Shown piece by piece: positions 13,075-26,921 of a stretch of 64,000 bases of DNA; position 1 is the stretch's first letter, and every line of letters begins with the position of its first letter. The stretch spans positions 1-64,000 of the forward strand of contig ADNK01001313.1 of the NCBI GenBank assembly GCA_000320545.1, read 5' to 3'. The DNA is from Bigelowiella natans CCMP2755 (lineage: Eukaryota; Protista; Cercozoa). The position numbers were made by a program, and so were the translations under genes. Under the pieces are notes generated by a model. The model was not told the origin of the DNA, searched no databases, and saw only the letters and a program-made list of their open reading frames with translations.

Positions 13075-14138
13075 ATTCACAAGCAGGCCTGCCGCGGCGT
13101 TTGTTGTGATGTTGTCGCCAGCAAGAATAGTAGCCCGAGCAACTCAACACAGAGGTGGATAGAGCCATTTCCCATTGCATTCTTAAATCTTAAGTCTTAC
13201 TTTGGCCGCACTGCTAAGATGATGCGGCATTACATGTGACATTATATTTGGGTTGGGGTTGGGTTGGATGCAGGTTCTCGAAGAACCTCGCTGCTCCTCT
13301 CCCTTTGCAGCTCCGAAAATTATCATGTGAGGGCGCACAGGTTCAGTCGGGCAACTCTCAACGCGATTAAGCCCCGTAGTAAGAGCAGCAGAAACGTCAA
13401 GCAGCAGCAGCACTCTCGCACGTTTTGCGAAGGCCGCTTTGCTTTGTACCGCGATCATGAGACGCGGACAGGATACATTGACCGGGGCATTGAGAGATTC
13501 AAACGACAGCTTGAGAACCCTGATCATGTTATCATCACAGCCACGAGGGCACGGTAAGGGTGCTGCTGGGAAAGGGTTTGGGGGCTGACAGAGGAGGAGT
13601 AGTTGGTGGCCGTCAACCTTAACGAAGCAAAAGTGAGGTTGTTTTCCGATGATGACTATAGACGGCTATTCTCTGTCAGGAATGAGTATGGTCTGACTCG
13701 AAAGCACCTGAGCAAAATCTCGCCAGTTCGAACACATGTAATCGCTATGCCCTTTTCTTTTATTCCCCCAGAGGCGACGGTACCATCGCGTTGTCGCCTC
13801 CGCATCGTCGTCATCATCATCATCATCATCATCATAATACGGATCTCTTCTTCCTCCTTATCTGGTCGTGTTTTTCTTCTTTTTCCTCTTCTTCGTCTTC
13901 TTCTTCTTTTTCTTCTACAGAAAGGGAGCGGGTTCGTGGAGGATCACTATTGGCTACCAGATGTGGTGGCCATGGCTCGAGTGATTTCCACAGAAGATAT
14001 GATCGTAGACAGATACCGGTAAACGGGTGGATGGATGGATGGGTGGATGAGATCTATATATCGCGATGACTGACGTGTATTTGTGTTCAGCGATGTGACA
14101 TAAACTAAATCAACGCGTGAATATGATTCGGCCGTTTG

Positions 14139-14176
<38 letters not shown>

Positions 14177-17073
14177 CGTCGTGTTAAATGCACCCAACGA
14201 AGGCATTATCTTGAGTCTGGAAGACAGGAAAGATATCGTCGCTCCAAGATATATGGGTAGTAGTTTATATATTCGGTTTCAGCAGCAAATGATGCGTTAG
14301 ATTGGCCTGTAGCTAGTTTCGATCACATTCGATGCTAAACAAAACCGAAGCAGCACTAACGAAGAAGATTTGTGGGTCCCCGGGACGGCAGCGATGTAAA
14401 TGATATTCTCTACCCTTTTTGAGCCGCGAAGCTGTGCGACAGCGCACTACTAAAAGTCACGCGCTGAATTCCGACCTTCCTCTTCCTCGATGTTTGGGGC
14501 CACGCTCTGCTTGCTTTTGCTCTCCAGGATGAATCAAATGGAGAAAGGCGAGGTCTCGTCGTGGGTCACGCACTTGTGGTACAGTCGAAAGGACGCGGAG
14601 ATCCAGGGTACTACGATTCCTGATGCCATTCAAAGATTGTGAATATATACATACCTGTTTGCTTGCCACGATATGCCTGCTCATGGGATTCACCTGCATT
14701 GAAATCATTCCTCTATTTCGCCGAAGCCATCGTATGAGTATGCAAATGCAGCGGAGGCCTTAAGATCTTGCTGTTTTGAATGTGCACAGCAATTTGAATG
14801 AGACAACAAACTACTGATGATGACGACGCATTCTCTGCGTGTAGTTGATGTAGGATTTGTTGAAGAATGCGTTCTTTCCTTGCCGTTGTCTTATTCGGTG
14901 GCGACGTGTGTGTGTGTGTGTGTGTGTGTTCTCCCCCCCCCCCCCCCCCTAGGTGCCGATGTCGTGGGAATTGCAATCAAACGTAATAACAACAACACTA
15001 ATGATAATCAGAATAGCACAAAAATATACGCGTAATAATCACAATATAGGTGAGTAAATGAGATTGAATGTCCTCTTTTTCTACTACTACTACTACTGCT
15101 GCTGCTGCTGTTTCCTGCACCCCCAATGGATGATGGTTTGTTATCCCAGAGAACGTGGCGATAGGTGTTACTAAGCTGGGCGTGGCAATCTACACGGGAA
15201 GTTCAGCGGTGTTCGCTGACGCAATGCATAGGTAGTAAGCGCTCATTGGTTGTTGCTGTTGTAGTAGTAGTAGTAGGGTGCTGCGTTATCTTAAACCAAA
15301 AAATAGCCCGTTTTCGGTGCTTTTGTGTGTGCGTGGTTGGCTCTCTTCCTCATCATTATCATCATCTTCTTCTTCCTCACTATTATCGTGACCATTAGTG
15401 TGGCGGACGTAATCAACGCAATATACCGTTATTTGGGTATCAACCTTGCCACGAGGGATCCTGATTACAGGTTGCTATCTACTACTGCTGCGACTAGTAG
15501 TAGTAGTAGTAGTAGGAGGAGGAGGAGGAGGAGGAGGAGGAGTGAATATTACTCTAGTAGCAGAAGTAGTAGCTGTTCTTGTTGTTGGTGCTGCTGCTGC
15601 TGCTGCTGCTACAAAAGAGATGACGTTTATGTATGGTATGTTTATTGAAACAAGGCACCCTTATGGCTATGAGAGACTAAGATACATATTCACTGATCGG
15701 TCCTCACTCATTCTGCTCGGCGTTGGCGGTACTACCATACGCATTTATACATATTCAAACTACATATAATACAGATATTATATATATATATATATATATA
15801 TATACAATATACCATTTACTATATGAGTTTCATGCGGTTCTGCTTTTGTGGGGGGGGAACGAGAGAAAGGCAGCAGGAGAGTGCTTGCACAATCGAATCT
15901 TGAAGCAAGTGCTGTGAGTGATAGATCATTCTCTCCTCCCCCCCCCCCCTCTCTCTATGTGTGTGTGTGTGTGTAGGCATCTTGCCGCTAATCCACGGTA
16001 TACAAACGCTTGTGTCCCACGATGAACCGAATCTTTCTTCGGCCTGGGTAGCAGTAGTAGTAGTAGTAGTAGTAGTAGTTGTAGTAGTAATAATAATAGT
16101 ACGTGCGAACAGAATATAGTGGGAGGGGAGGAGAGGGAGGGCGCTCTTAACCCATTCGTAGCATCCCCTCCCTTACTTGTATGTGTTGCGTCGAGGATGG
16201 TGGTGATGATGGCGGTCTTGCAAATCCCTTAAAGGACTACGAGGTTGACCGTCTAGCTGCGCATGAATCATCATCGTATTGTATCAGGTCATGGGCGGCC
16301 TCTTCCTGGTGGTTGGGGTGCTCGAATCCCCTGCGCTTCTCCGATCGTAAGGAGGAGAGTGAGAAGAAGAAGAAAAAGATTTAGAACAATACTCTCTGGA
16401 TGATAGCATACTCGACTGCTGCTACTACTGCTACTGCTACTGCTACTGCTACTGCTACTACTATCGCTACTACAAGTACTAAATGCTAAAATGCTTCGAT
16501 GGTGCTGCACGCAGATATCACGCTCTGAGGACAAAGTCGAAGAGAGCTCGGATGTCTTTCATGGTGGACGATTAACGATGATGACGATGATGACAGTGAT
16601 AGTGATGATGGTGGTGATGATGATGAGTTCGGTCTACAAAACCGCTTAAAATGTGGCAACGAAATGTCTCCTATCCTAGCTTCTCCCCCCCCCCCCCCCT
16701 CTCCCCCCTCCTCCTCTACCTCGTTCACATAATCCCCTCTCCTCTATTACTCTCTGTCTTGTACTGCTAACGACATGGCAGAAATACCTGAGCAATGGCA
16801 ACGATATCATCAACATCACGACGTTCGTGGAATGCGCCCTTGGAGTTCTGGCAGCTGGGGTACATCGTTGTGCCTACGATAGATACGTGCATGTAAAGAG
16901 AGAGAGCCATGACGCGCACAGCAACATGTCATAGTAACGAGAATTGTAGTAGTAATCACAGCAAACAGCGATGGCGATGATGATGAGGATCATGGTGATG
17001 ATGATCATGGTGATAATAATGATGATGGTAGCTTATGAGTTGCAATGATTCTTGAGTCTCGTCGCCACCATTC

Positions 17074-17112
<39 letters not shown>

Positions 17113-17333
17113 TTTTTTTCCAGGCCGGAGTGGCGTCAAGCTTCCAGTATTGGGTCACAGGTAGTTCTCAACACACAAGAGAGATGGAGGGGGGGGAGGG
17201 GGCAGGTGGTCATCTTGTGCTGCTAACATCATCGTGATGTTGCATATCATACTTCCCTCATGTAAGCAGCCTGATCTGATCTGCGACGATGATTTCTGCC
17301 TAAATGCCAATGAATACATCCGAGGAGGAACTC

Positions 17334-17368
<35 letters not shown>

Positions 17369-17967
17369 TCCCTCTCTCTCGCTAATGTTGGCCTGTCTCT
17401 CAATCATCATAACAATTCCACTGAATATCAACCATGTGATGATGAAACGGCAGGCGATCCAATCTACGACTCCATTGCAAGCGTGATCATGGCCACAAGC
17501 GTCGTAGCGGGATCCTCGCTCCTTCTCACGAAGAATACCCGCGCTCTTGTGGGGGAGACACTTCCTGGTAATTATTGGCGGTGAGTGAGCAGCTCTTTAA
17601 AGGAGGACGAGATGATGCCTGTTGGGAGGCGCTGCTTTCGCTCCTAGGAATGATGTTGCACGATTTCGAGACGATTGCGTGCGCGCGCGTGTGTGTGGTG
17701 TTGTTGTTGTTGTTCTTGTTGTTGTTGTTTTTGTTGTTATCGTTGTCGTTGTTGGCCGGTTTCTGACAGAGCAGCTCGCATCGATTTGGAGCTGTGCTGC
17801 TGCTGATAACTATCTATGTTCTCGTGTACACTCTTCGTTGTTACGAAACATACCATCTTTCAACGACAACACCACCACCACTGCTTTCAGTCGAATTTGT
17901 GGAGTATCTGATCTTCACGCTGGAGGAGGATGACATCGTGAATTCAGTGCACGATGTTAAGACCGAG

Positions 17968-17998
<31 letters not shown>

Positions 17999-18582
17999 CA
18001 ATAGTAGCAATAGTAGCAGTACTACCGCCTGAGAAGAAGAAGAAGAAGAAGAAGAAGAAGAAGAAGAAGAAATGCTAGTGTATTCGTATGCCCATCATCG
18101 TCATCATCATCAGTAAACACGTACCACTTGCAAGAGGTTAATGCTTGTCGTGAGGCTATCCTTTTAACATCTCTTCGCCTTGTTGTCCTCCTCCTCCTCC
18201 TGATTTGGTTTTGTTGTCCCTCCTCACTTCAGGTCCTGGGGCTAGACACCGTACGATTCAAAGCAGAGATCGAATTCAACGCGGAGGCTATCACCCGGAA
18301 GTAATACAGGGAAGAGAAGAAGAAGGGGGGGGGGAGGATGGGTGGGGGCGGGATCATATATTCTTTCTTCACTTCTGTCTCATACTTTACTTCGTCTCCT
18401 CATCGTATTCGCATATCATCATCATCATCATCATCACCGGTTACTATCATCATCAGGATAAAGAATCTATACAACATTCCTAGCCCTGAGTCGGCAAAGC
18501 TTTTGGAACAGATGAGAGGGTTAGCCTCTGAGGAAGGAGCCGAGGACTGGGTCATGCGGAATAACGCAATGTAAGTAGCTAG

Positions 18583-18616
<34 letters not shown>

Positions 18617-18879
18617 GCTCCACAGCAATAGACAATCAAGAGAAGAAGAATGAAAAACAAAAGAGAAGAGGAAGAAATTCGAATTGTATTGTGAGTCATG
18701 TATACGTGCACGTGTCTCTATGTGCGGGTGCTGCAGCTTTTCATCTTCTTCTCCCTGTCCTCATCTCCAGGTATCAAACGGCCCTTTCTAGCGAGCTTCA
18801 ACGCATCGAAGATATACTTAAGCGCCACCTCGCGGAAGCTCATTTTAAAACTTTCTACATAGACCTGGAGCTGTGGTGA
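13075..18879 (+). CDS. SLC30A9: ZnT9/SLC30A9-like cation diffusion facilitator with N-terminal XPA-C-like domain; multi-exon, start uncertain
   Basis: N-terminal IITATRAR|NEYGLTRKHL...HYWLPDVVA resembles the ZnT9 N-domain. CDF core: NVAIGVTKLGVAIYTGSSAVFADAMHS|VADVIN...DPDY|RHPYGYERLRY, TGDPIYDSIASV. C-terminus: VLGLDTVRFKAEIEFNA and ELQRIEDIL...YIDLELW*. Confidence 0.85.
13790..18620. repeat. Dense intronic microsatellites ((GT)n, (CT)n, (TA)n, (GTA)n, (CAT)n, (GGA)n, (CAG)n, polyC/G); similar tracts occur in the DAK, UCH, GT34, sugar porter, LamG and IPK1 introns
   Basis: Directly visible. They produce most of the poly-L/S/H/V ORFs in the six-frame track. Confidence 0.9.
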
Positions 18880-19549
18880 CATAAGTAAGTCTGGTAGTAC
18901 AAGCAGCGGTGGATGAGCAAAAGAGTCGGTCGAAATATCACCCCCCTTTTCAGCGCATGGCTATGCTATGTAGTAGGCTAATAAATTCGTCGTGCTGAGA
19001 CAACTACGATGCAGTCATCAGTGTTTGTGCGGCAGGGTTATGACCATGGTATCATCACACATGCATGCTGCTACACACAAGTACGTGTGATTTAGCTAGT
19101 GTTTGCGGGCCTGAGACTAGCTGCTGCTGGCAGCACGCGTTCTCAATAAGCAGGATTATCAGGAAACAAAAGAATCGGCGTTCGCTACATGTGTTATTGA
19201 CATGGGCTAGCTAGCTAGGAGCTGCCGCAACACTGTTGCATGTTATTCGTTCAGCAATACAGGGAACTGATGCTATGATGGCTCTAACGTGCACTATTAC
19301 AGCCAGGTACGACGCGCACACGGCAACATGATAATTCGTCGTTCATCACGCCGCTGTGCAATGGCAGTGATCGATCAATCACATAACGAGCCACATGCTT
19401 AATGATAAAAAAATAGATAAATTAAGCCGATCATAGCATGATGACCAAGAACAAAACATCGTGATCTACATTCTCAGCTGAGCACCAAAAAATCATCGGC
19501 GCTGGTCATCCTCACAACTCGACCTTCAATCTATCTCATTGGCGAAGTC

Positions 19550-20266
19550 TTAAGGCTTCACGAGAGCCATCATGTTGAAGTTCCCTGATGTTTCATTAAC
19601 GATCAGGACGATGCTCGGATACGGATAATACTGTTTTTTGGGTTGTTGTTGTTGTTGTTGTTTCTGATTATGATATATGCTGATAATCTCACCGTTCTTG
19701 CTGACTTCGAAGAAGTTTTTCTTGATGACCGCCGCAGCGTCCTCGAGGAATGTCTGAAAATACAACAAGGCAAAACGGGGCGTTAGATAGATGAACGGAA
19801 GGATGCTCAGGATAGTAGCCAACCTACTCACTTATATTATTGCTTTCTCATTGCTTTTCCTACGATGGCGTGGACACTACCTTTGAGCTGCTCTTTCCGT
19901 GATTTATTGGGAATGCCTGCACGATGATAATATGGCAAAATAGCAGTTAAACAACAGAAAACATCCCTCATTGTTGTCCGACGAAAGTATAATAAGCAGC
20001 ATGTATAGCGCTGCTACTGCTCAAAACGCGGAACAGCGTCGAATCACTACCTTCCTGCCGTCCATTTCATACAGGACGCCATCCACGTGCACGAATGCGA
20101 TGAAATCTGATAAGAAATGTAGCAACAGCGGTAAGGGGCGGGGCGCTGTTGATGACATCATAGCATGTTTTCAGACAAAACATCGATTCTCCACGGTATC
20201 GTCATGGTTTAAGGAGCAACCCGCTAGCGTGTGCATATGTACGTGTGTTGCGTGTGCTATGTGTGC

Positions 20267-20309
<43 letters not shown>

Positions 20310-20368
20310 ATTTACGTGCGGCCACATTATCCATGCGATCTGGAGTAGCAGTCTGAGCCTCCTGTGTA

Positions 20369-20403
<35 letters not shown>

Positions 20404-21859
20404 CGATGTGACCATGGGTGTATGTGCATGGGCATTGCAGCAGAACAGGGAGAAGGGGGAGGAAGAGAAAAATAGATAGAGAGAAGGAGAAAAAGAGATA
20501 GATAAAGAAGAGAGGATTCCAATACTGAATGATTTTAGTACAATGCGTACTACGCACAGGCAAATATAGCTCAGCGACCTTGCTCTCAGCTGCGTCTTCA
20601 CTTACTTCCTGGATATCTTTCGCCTAATATACAATCATAGCAGGGAGACAGGATCCTAGATGAAGATGGTGTTGGAACGGCAAACATATACAAAAATTGA
20701 TGATATCACACATCATCATTTGATGATCTTGAGGATGCATGTAAGTTTCACTATATAAGGTGGTATTCGGAGGAAATGCTCGAGAAGGTAAGAGAACCCA
20801 GTAATCAAGAGAGCACGGTATTTTTACCCCCATTACCATCGATATTATGGTGCGAAAGTAATTGAAACAGCATTTATAGCAAGTACACAACGGCAAGCGC
20901 AATTCTTGACAGCTAACCTTCAAGAGTCCGTAGCCGATGTCTCCGGGAGATTTATCTTTCCACTCATCCATGAATTTCTTCACGATACCCTGATAATAAT
21001 ACCACGGACAACCGTTGGCAATTCGGCTTAAGTGTTTGCATTTTCGGGTTTGGTTTTTTCCTTTTCCATTCCATTTATCTCCACAAAGACGGGGGGGGGG
21101 TTGCTTTCTCTAATGTTTGGGGAGTTATTTTGGGGGCAAACACTGCATTGAATTTCTTCTCTATTATACTAGGTGAAACCACCTCTGGTTCGAATTGGTC
21201 GAGACTGTTGGTCATTGCGTGGAGGGTGGCGATTGTTCCTGAGAGCACAGGTATCATCGAGCAGATTAGAAACGGACCGTGCTCTTTGTCTTTTGTTTTT
21301 CTAACCGCAAGCGTTGCCGATTCCATCGTGTTGAGTAACATAGAAGAGCTTCTTGCTGAGCTCTTGGCCTTTCTCCTGAGGGGGTTATCGAAGTGTGTGA
21401 TTTGGGACTGGTGATACCTTAGTAAACTATCGTGCCTCTTACCTCTATCTCCTTGCGCTGCTCCGCCTTGAAGGTTTTCAGTTCTTTGGATGACTGAGAG
21501 GTGAATGTAGTGCTTAATAAAACTATGACAATACTAATAAGAACCGATCTTTTACATGATGACTTACCGTGAAGAGGAGGACAACGGCAGCACATGGCTG
21601 TGGGACCATGCCCAGAAGTTCTTTGTCTATGCGTAGTTCATGAGAGGAGGAGATAAATCAGATGATATCATTGGGAAATCGTTATTGGATATTATTCATG
21701 AATACCTGTCCCGTAGATATCACAGAATTCCCATCCCTTTGGCAAACCGACACGCTTTGCGAACTTGGTGAGAACGACAGGGTTGCTCTCCAAAGGAAGC
21801 CAGTTTCCCTCCGTAAGCTCCCTCTTCGCCTCCTTTTTCTGTTCCTCTTGCTTGGACAT
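19550..21859 (-). CDS. UCHL3: Ubiquitin C-terminal hydrolase UCH-L3-like (peptidase C12); multi-exon
   Basis: WLPLESNPVVL, QHDGIGNAC|GTIATLH (catalytic Cys), HFIAFVHVDGVLYEMDGRK (catalytic His/Asp), TFLEDAA, FNMMAL near the C-terminus. Confidence 0.92.
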
Positions 21860-22310
21860 AGTCTCTGCCAAATTGCAACACAATCCAATGATCAGGGGGT
21901 TTACGACGAGAAAGCTCGACGAACAGAGAGGGGGGGGCTACCCTGCGAACGCTCGTAGATATTTCTTTTTGGCTGTTTCCGTAATGTAAAACACAGGAGA
22001 ATTTTTAAGTGCGACATGAATCTGTTGCTCTTTAAGCTACGTGTGGATTTAGACCAAAATTTACCCTCACAATATCCCAGTCCCGAAAGAGAAGATGGAA
22101 ATCAAAATAACTATTTCGAGTCGGAAAGTATTCGAACAAAAAATGGCATGGGATTACCTGACTTAAATGATCTTAATGTTGTCGCTTTAATAAAACCGTA
22201 GAAAACTCAGCAATGTTGAAGATTTTATATGCAAATATATAATTTAAAAGCATTTCGTAGAGTGACCAGTGCACGTGTCTGGACGAGCAGCCCCATTTCG
22301 ATCGATCCTG

Positions 22311-23455
22311 ATGGCGGCCGTGCGCTTCCTCAAGTGAGATTTCGTTCGGTTGAGCGATTATATGATGGAATCTGATGCAATAACTCCCGATCTGTGACGA
22401 TCAAACACCGAATCCATAAATTCTGTTCGCGGATGAAGCGTGTTTCATTTGTCCGTTCTCAGACTTCACCGATATGGGATATTCCGCCAGCTACAGCTCG
22501 AAGAAGCTCTTTTTCGCAACTCCTCCGAAAACTGGTGTATCATAAGGTTCGTCAAAGTTTTATCCTGGTTGGTGCTCAGCCATTGTGTCAGAAATGCAAT
22601 CAGAAGGGCTTAATATAACCCTCTTCTGTCTTCCCTCTGTCTACAGCCGTGGTACCGAACCAGCTTCCATCGTGATGGGAATATCAGGCAAGCCAGAGAA
22701 GCTCGTGGATGTTCCCCGTGCTGCTAAAGATGCAGTGCCGGTGTCATATTCTAATGTTGCTAATTCCACACCGAAGTAGTCCCCACCTCAAGCACATTAT
22801 TGTTTGCTATATGGAAGGTCATCAAAAGGTTCACTGGGGGTGGAACCGTCATTGTCGACTCTAGCAGCATCTTTGTCACGTTCATTGGTGAGTAGTGTTG
22901 ATTGGGCCTTTAAAGCCTTCTTCCGAAAGAAGTAGGCTTATCTGCTCATTTATATATCTGCTGCTCTATCATCCCATGCAGGCGACGTCGACTGGATCAG
23001 GGTGAAGCCATGGCCGCGAGAGATCATGGAATGGTCAGGAAAGTTTTATAACCAGGTTCAACACCAATGCCTTCCCTCTTTCCGTAAAACATAGCTCCTT
23101 CGCACACCCTCCCCGACAGCTATCTCTCTGTTTTCGCTAAGAGTAATAAGAGAAAACATAAAACAAGTGAACCCCCCCCCCCCCCCCTTCTCTCTCTCGC
23201 TCTCTAGAAGCACTTATTCAATTACTGTACAGCATGCCCACAATATACGCTATTTATGTTCCTGTACATTGATTTCTAGCTATTTGAGAGCGACCTAGGC
23301 TTCAACCTGCAGGAGAATGACTACTGCTTCGGTGCCAAGAAGTTTGGTGGAAACGCACAGGTCGAAGATGACTATGATGATTGATGAATTGAAGTTGGTG
23401 GAAACGCACAAGTCGAAGATAACTATGATGATTGATGATTATGATGATGATGATT

Positions 23456-23491
<36 letters not shown>

Positions 23492-24437
23492 GTGCTGCTG
23501 CTGGTGGTGATCGATTACTGGAGGGAGGAGGAGAAGGCAACCTCGATCATTCTGTACAGTTTTGGAAAAATCAGCCCCAGCCGCGGGAACTGACAAACCC
23601 CCCAAAAATAGAAACGATTGACGAGCTGAACTTAATTCCTAGTTACTACCTGATATTCGAGATCTACGCACAAACACCACACCGTAGAATAAGTGTGCAT
23701 ATGTAGGTGTGATCACGTAGCATCGCTGTTCCTTGCCCCCCCCCCCTCTTTTAGATTCAGAATTGTGGTTATCGTATGGATTCAGGCCGTGTCTAGGAAT
23801 CGGTTTGTGCATCATACATCGTTTCTGTGGGAGTACGACCGTGCCAACATGGGATACCTCTTGCTCCCAGAGAAAAGGCCTGACTACAGGGGGACTCGTT
23901 CACATGATGACTTTCTCGTCACAATGAGAAGCATCTTCGATGGCAATTCCCTTGGTGGTAGGAGCGGGGAGAGCAACATCGCTCCGTTGCCGATAGCTTC
24001 GGTAACGAGACAATTTATGCCATCCGTGGAAGGGGCAAGGAGACAAAGGCGGGGGATTGGGGAGAAGGGGGCTAAGAAAGTATTGTAGTTGAAGATTTCG
24101 GAAATGAAACATGGAAGTTGGAGAATTGTAAACGTTCTGCTCCTCATTGACTCAAGTGAGTGGTGCATTCACGTCTGATCAGGCTGAGGACTTCGAAGCT
24201 ACGGTCGAGCGACTGATACGTGCAGAATATGATGTGGCGGATTCGGCCTTGGACGAGGTCGTTCATAACGGGCTGCGTATATACGCTGTTTTTATTGGCT
24301 CCTTCCTCCTCAGTAAAATGATTAAACTTTTTGATATATTTACACAGGCGCAGGCTTATTTAGAAATAGAACACCGCTCCTCGACTCGCTATGTCCCGCT
24401 AGAAATAGACAGTGAAGTAGCCGTGGAAGGAAGATAA
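22311..24437 (+). CDS. Lipoate-protein ligase A-like (BPL/LPL catalytic domain); multi-exon
   Basis: SIVMGISGKPEKLVD, VIKRFTGGGTVIVD, PWPREIMEWS, ENDYCFGAKKFGGNAQ|AVSRNRFVHHTSFLWEY, LLLPEKRPDYRGTRSHDDFL. Confidence 0.88.
23340..23438 (+). repeat. ~50 bp tandem duplication spanning an exon end and splice donor of the lipoate ligase gene
   Basis: gaagtttggtggaaacgcacaggtcgaagatgactatgatgattgatga is followed by gaagttggtggaaacgcacaagtcgaagataactatgatgattgatga. Confidence 0.85.
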
Positions 24438-24860
24438 CACAGCTGCCTGCTGTAGCAATTATGACAGCTAGCGAACAGACTAGACAGACGAGGACGCGCG
24501 CGGCTTGAATAATTAACCCATGGTCGTGTATTGTTAAGCTTCATCGTACATGTGAAGTACACACACGCTGCTGTGCTTTCATGATTGACAGCAGTTCGCC
24601 TAGCAGTGGCGCATACAAGAGCTATGATGCATTAAAAAACATAGCGGCGCATGTGCAAGTAATGTAAGCAGCTATACAAGCTTAATTTAAGACGCTATGA
24701 TTTCTTGTGTCACTAGCTAGCTAAATTTAGACAATAACGGACACGACGCTGGACGGTGCAGCTGTCCACCCGCAGATGTCTCCTGCTAAGAACGTTCGTA
24801 TTTAAACAATGTGTCTATAGTTTTACACTCTGTGCATGTGTGCTGGATACGGGCTTGCGT

Positions 24861-25065
24861 TCACTGTCCTATTGTGTAGTAGAAAAACTCCCTGGCTCGT
24901 TGCATCATTGGCTGCTTCGCAAAGTCCAGCGAGGCACACGCCGCCTTCTTGGCAGCATCTACTACGTCGGATGTCGGTTTCGCAGCGCACATGATGCTAG
25001 CTTCCCAGTGAAACCTTCGATTCTGAGCAAAAACAAAGAATCCACTCATCGTATAAAGATAAATT

Positions 25066-25109
<44 letters not shown>

Positions 25110-25322
25110 CAGACTTTCCTCTTCTCCGCATTCTCTTACACATCTATTGCTGGCTCTAAAGTGCACGGTGTATCCGAGGCTTATGGATCTAATCGTAGCA
25201 GTGCGGGAATGAGCAATTACCATGCCTAGAAAGTGCATGATCCAAGGGAGATTTATTGCTTCAGAAGAGGATGATCCTGAAGCATCATATACGGTAATAA
25301 TAATTACCAAAAATTAAGTGTT

Positions 25323-25360
<38 letters not shown>

Positions 25361-25539
25361 AGAGAGAGGGGAAATGGGGGGGGGGAAGAAGAAGTGGCGA
25401 TGGTAATTTGCGTCCCTCTCTTCTACTTCTTAAGTTCTGTCACCAGCTGCGGATGGTGGTTGGGGGTAAAAGAGGCCCCCCCGTTCATGTCCTGCAAGAC
25501 TGAACAAAACGGGCTCGGAGACTGTGATTGTCGCACACA

Positions 25540-25592
<53 letters not shown>

Positions 25593-26596
25593 GCAGAGAG
25601 AAGCAAGACCACATTAGCCGAGGAGCCATACTGTGATGGACTATATGGAGGAGGAAGGGAGAAGGCAATCATACCTGTAACATCACGGAAGAATACCGGG
25701 AGCCGGCCTCCCTGCGCAGCTTTCTGAGTTTGTTGGATATTGTTATTTAGAGTGTTGTTGTGAGTGTTTTGGAGAGTCGCTGTTTGAAAGAGCCAGTTCT
25801 CTAACGCCTTTCTCTTCCTTCCTCTTCCCGCTGTAGCACTAGCTTCTTCTTATTTTTGCTGCCCACGGAGAAGAACAGTTGTTTACCTTGACCTCACTGA
25901 TCACGACGCCACCCAACTCCTCAAGAACACCTGAAGGCCAGTCAAATGTGATAGAAAAGATTTCGGTGCGTGCGCTCATCTCCCCCCCCTCTTTTTAACG
26001 TAAGAATATCCCTGAAAAGATTTTCGGGCCCCTCCATCTTCTTTCTCTATCATCAGCAACATCAGCATCCTCCTCCTCCTCCTCCTCCTCATCATCATCA
26101 TCATCGCCAACAGGCCGACGTGGCGTTTGTAGCGCTCACAACCACAAGTCGCTGCCACCGAGTTAGTCAGTAGCACATGGCCTTGGCAAATGAACTATCC
26201 CAAAACGTAAAAGCATGACAGCAATAAGCATGTGGCTCTGCGACGCGGCCTTCACCATCTGACCATTTCGTAGCAGGGCGAAATGCGATGATGATGATTC
26301 ATTGTGTTTGTGTTCTTGTGATTGCTTCATCGTACCGTACCACACCAACGTATCTTTGAATCCATATCTGCGAAGATGATTACGACGATGCAGTCAAATA
26401 CATCCCTAGTACTCCTCCACCACCTCCTCCTCCTTCTCCTCTTCCTACTACTTTTACTACTACTGCTACTATCACTACCTAGGGTCTCGAAACATGTTTC
26501 GTTTGCTCAAAAGCGTTTCAAAGACATTGCGCGTAAATGCGCACTTTCTGGAAGGGTGAGGGGAGGGGTGAAGGTACTTAGGTGATATAGAAGTGG

Positions 26597-26636
<40 letters not shown>

Positions 26637-26844
26637 GCTACTTCTCACCACAATAGAAATACTGCTTAAAGATCAATATCACCTTGCCAGAAAGACCCCA
26701 CAGTTGAATGCATGTGGTTCATCTGGCCTAGTGGGTGGTGGTGGTAGCGGTGAGAATGTGCCATTATTCGCTCCGGTACACAAAAGACAAAACTTGCACT
26801 CATCATCACCAAAATGAGGTTGGACCACAAGCTACTATTTATAG

Positions 26845-26921
<77 letters not shown>

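Noticed and set aside
13022-13162. Apparent signal peptide MSKIKLIYLLLLLLLLLRF suggesting plastid/secretory targeting of the ZnT9-like protein
   Set aside because: The poly-Leu comes from a (CTG)n tract ending in TCTCAG, typical of intron 3' ends here. It is probably intronic.
13248-13268. TTGGGG/TTGGG repeats resembling telomeric sequence
   Set aside because: Only about four degenerate units, inside an intron among many other SSRs.
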